Positions 63,822 to 64,000 of a stretch of 64,000 nt of DNA are shown one piece after another. This stretch comes from Octopus vulgaris (Eukaryota). The notes under the pieces are model-generated. The model was not told the origin of the DNA and ran no database searches. It saw nothing but the letters and a program-made list of their open reading frames with translations. The stretch is from the NCBI GenBank assembly GCA_951406725.2, contig OX597815.1, positions 178,746,001 to 178,810,000 of the forward strand. Direction: 5' to 3'. Made by a program: the position numbers and the translations under genes. The first letter of the stretch is position 1; every line of letters begins with the position of its first letter.

Positions 63822-64000
63822 TACCTATTTCTTTATTACCCTAAGGGGCTAAACACAGAGAGGACAAACAAAGACAGACAAACGGATTAAGTCGATTATA
63901 TCAACCCCAGTGCATAACTGGTACTTAATTTATTGACCCTGAAAGGATGAAAGGCAAAGTTGACCTCGGCGGAATTTGAACTCAGAACGTAAAGAGGGGA
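63822..64000 (-). mobile_element. SINE family C (runs to the window end)
   Basis: Match to family. Confidence 0.85.

Overview
AT-rich, repeat-dense eukaryotic DNA. The SINE repertoire strongly suggests an octopus (coleoid cephalopod) genome; this is inferred from recognising the repeats, not from a database search. One convincing host CDS is present: an intronless 308-aa class A GPCR (34156-35082, +). Everything else in the ORF track is repeat-derived or microsatellite noise, apart from decayed transposon fragments (maT DD37D, mariner, Merlin, Ty3/Gypsy, RTE, BovB, CR1). Several strong minus-strand splice donors and two CpG-richer, SINE-poor blocks (about 7.9-10.4 kb and 46-50.4 kb) suggest the window lies in the 5' introns of a minus-strand transcript, with the GPCR nested antisense. 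The most unusual signal is a set of Penelope-type minimal type I hammerhead ribozyme motifs from about five unrelated repeat families. They include a tRNA(Pol III)-headed SINE carrying a hammerhead, a G3:C8 covariant core, and repeated head-to-head inverted dimers. Family labels A-E for the SINEs are my own.
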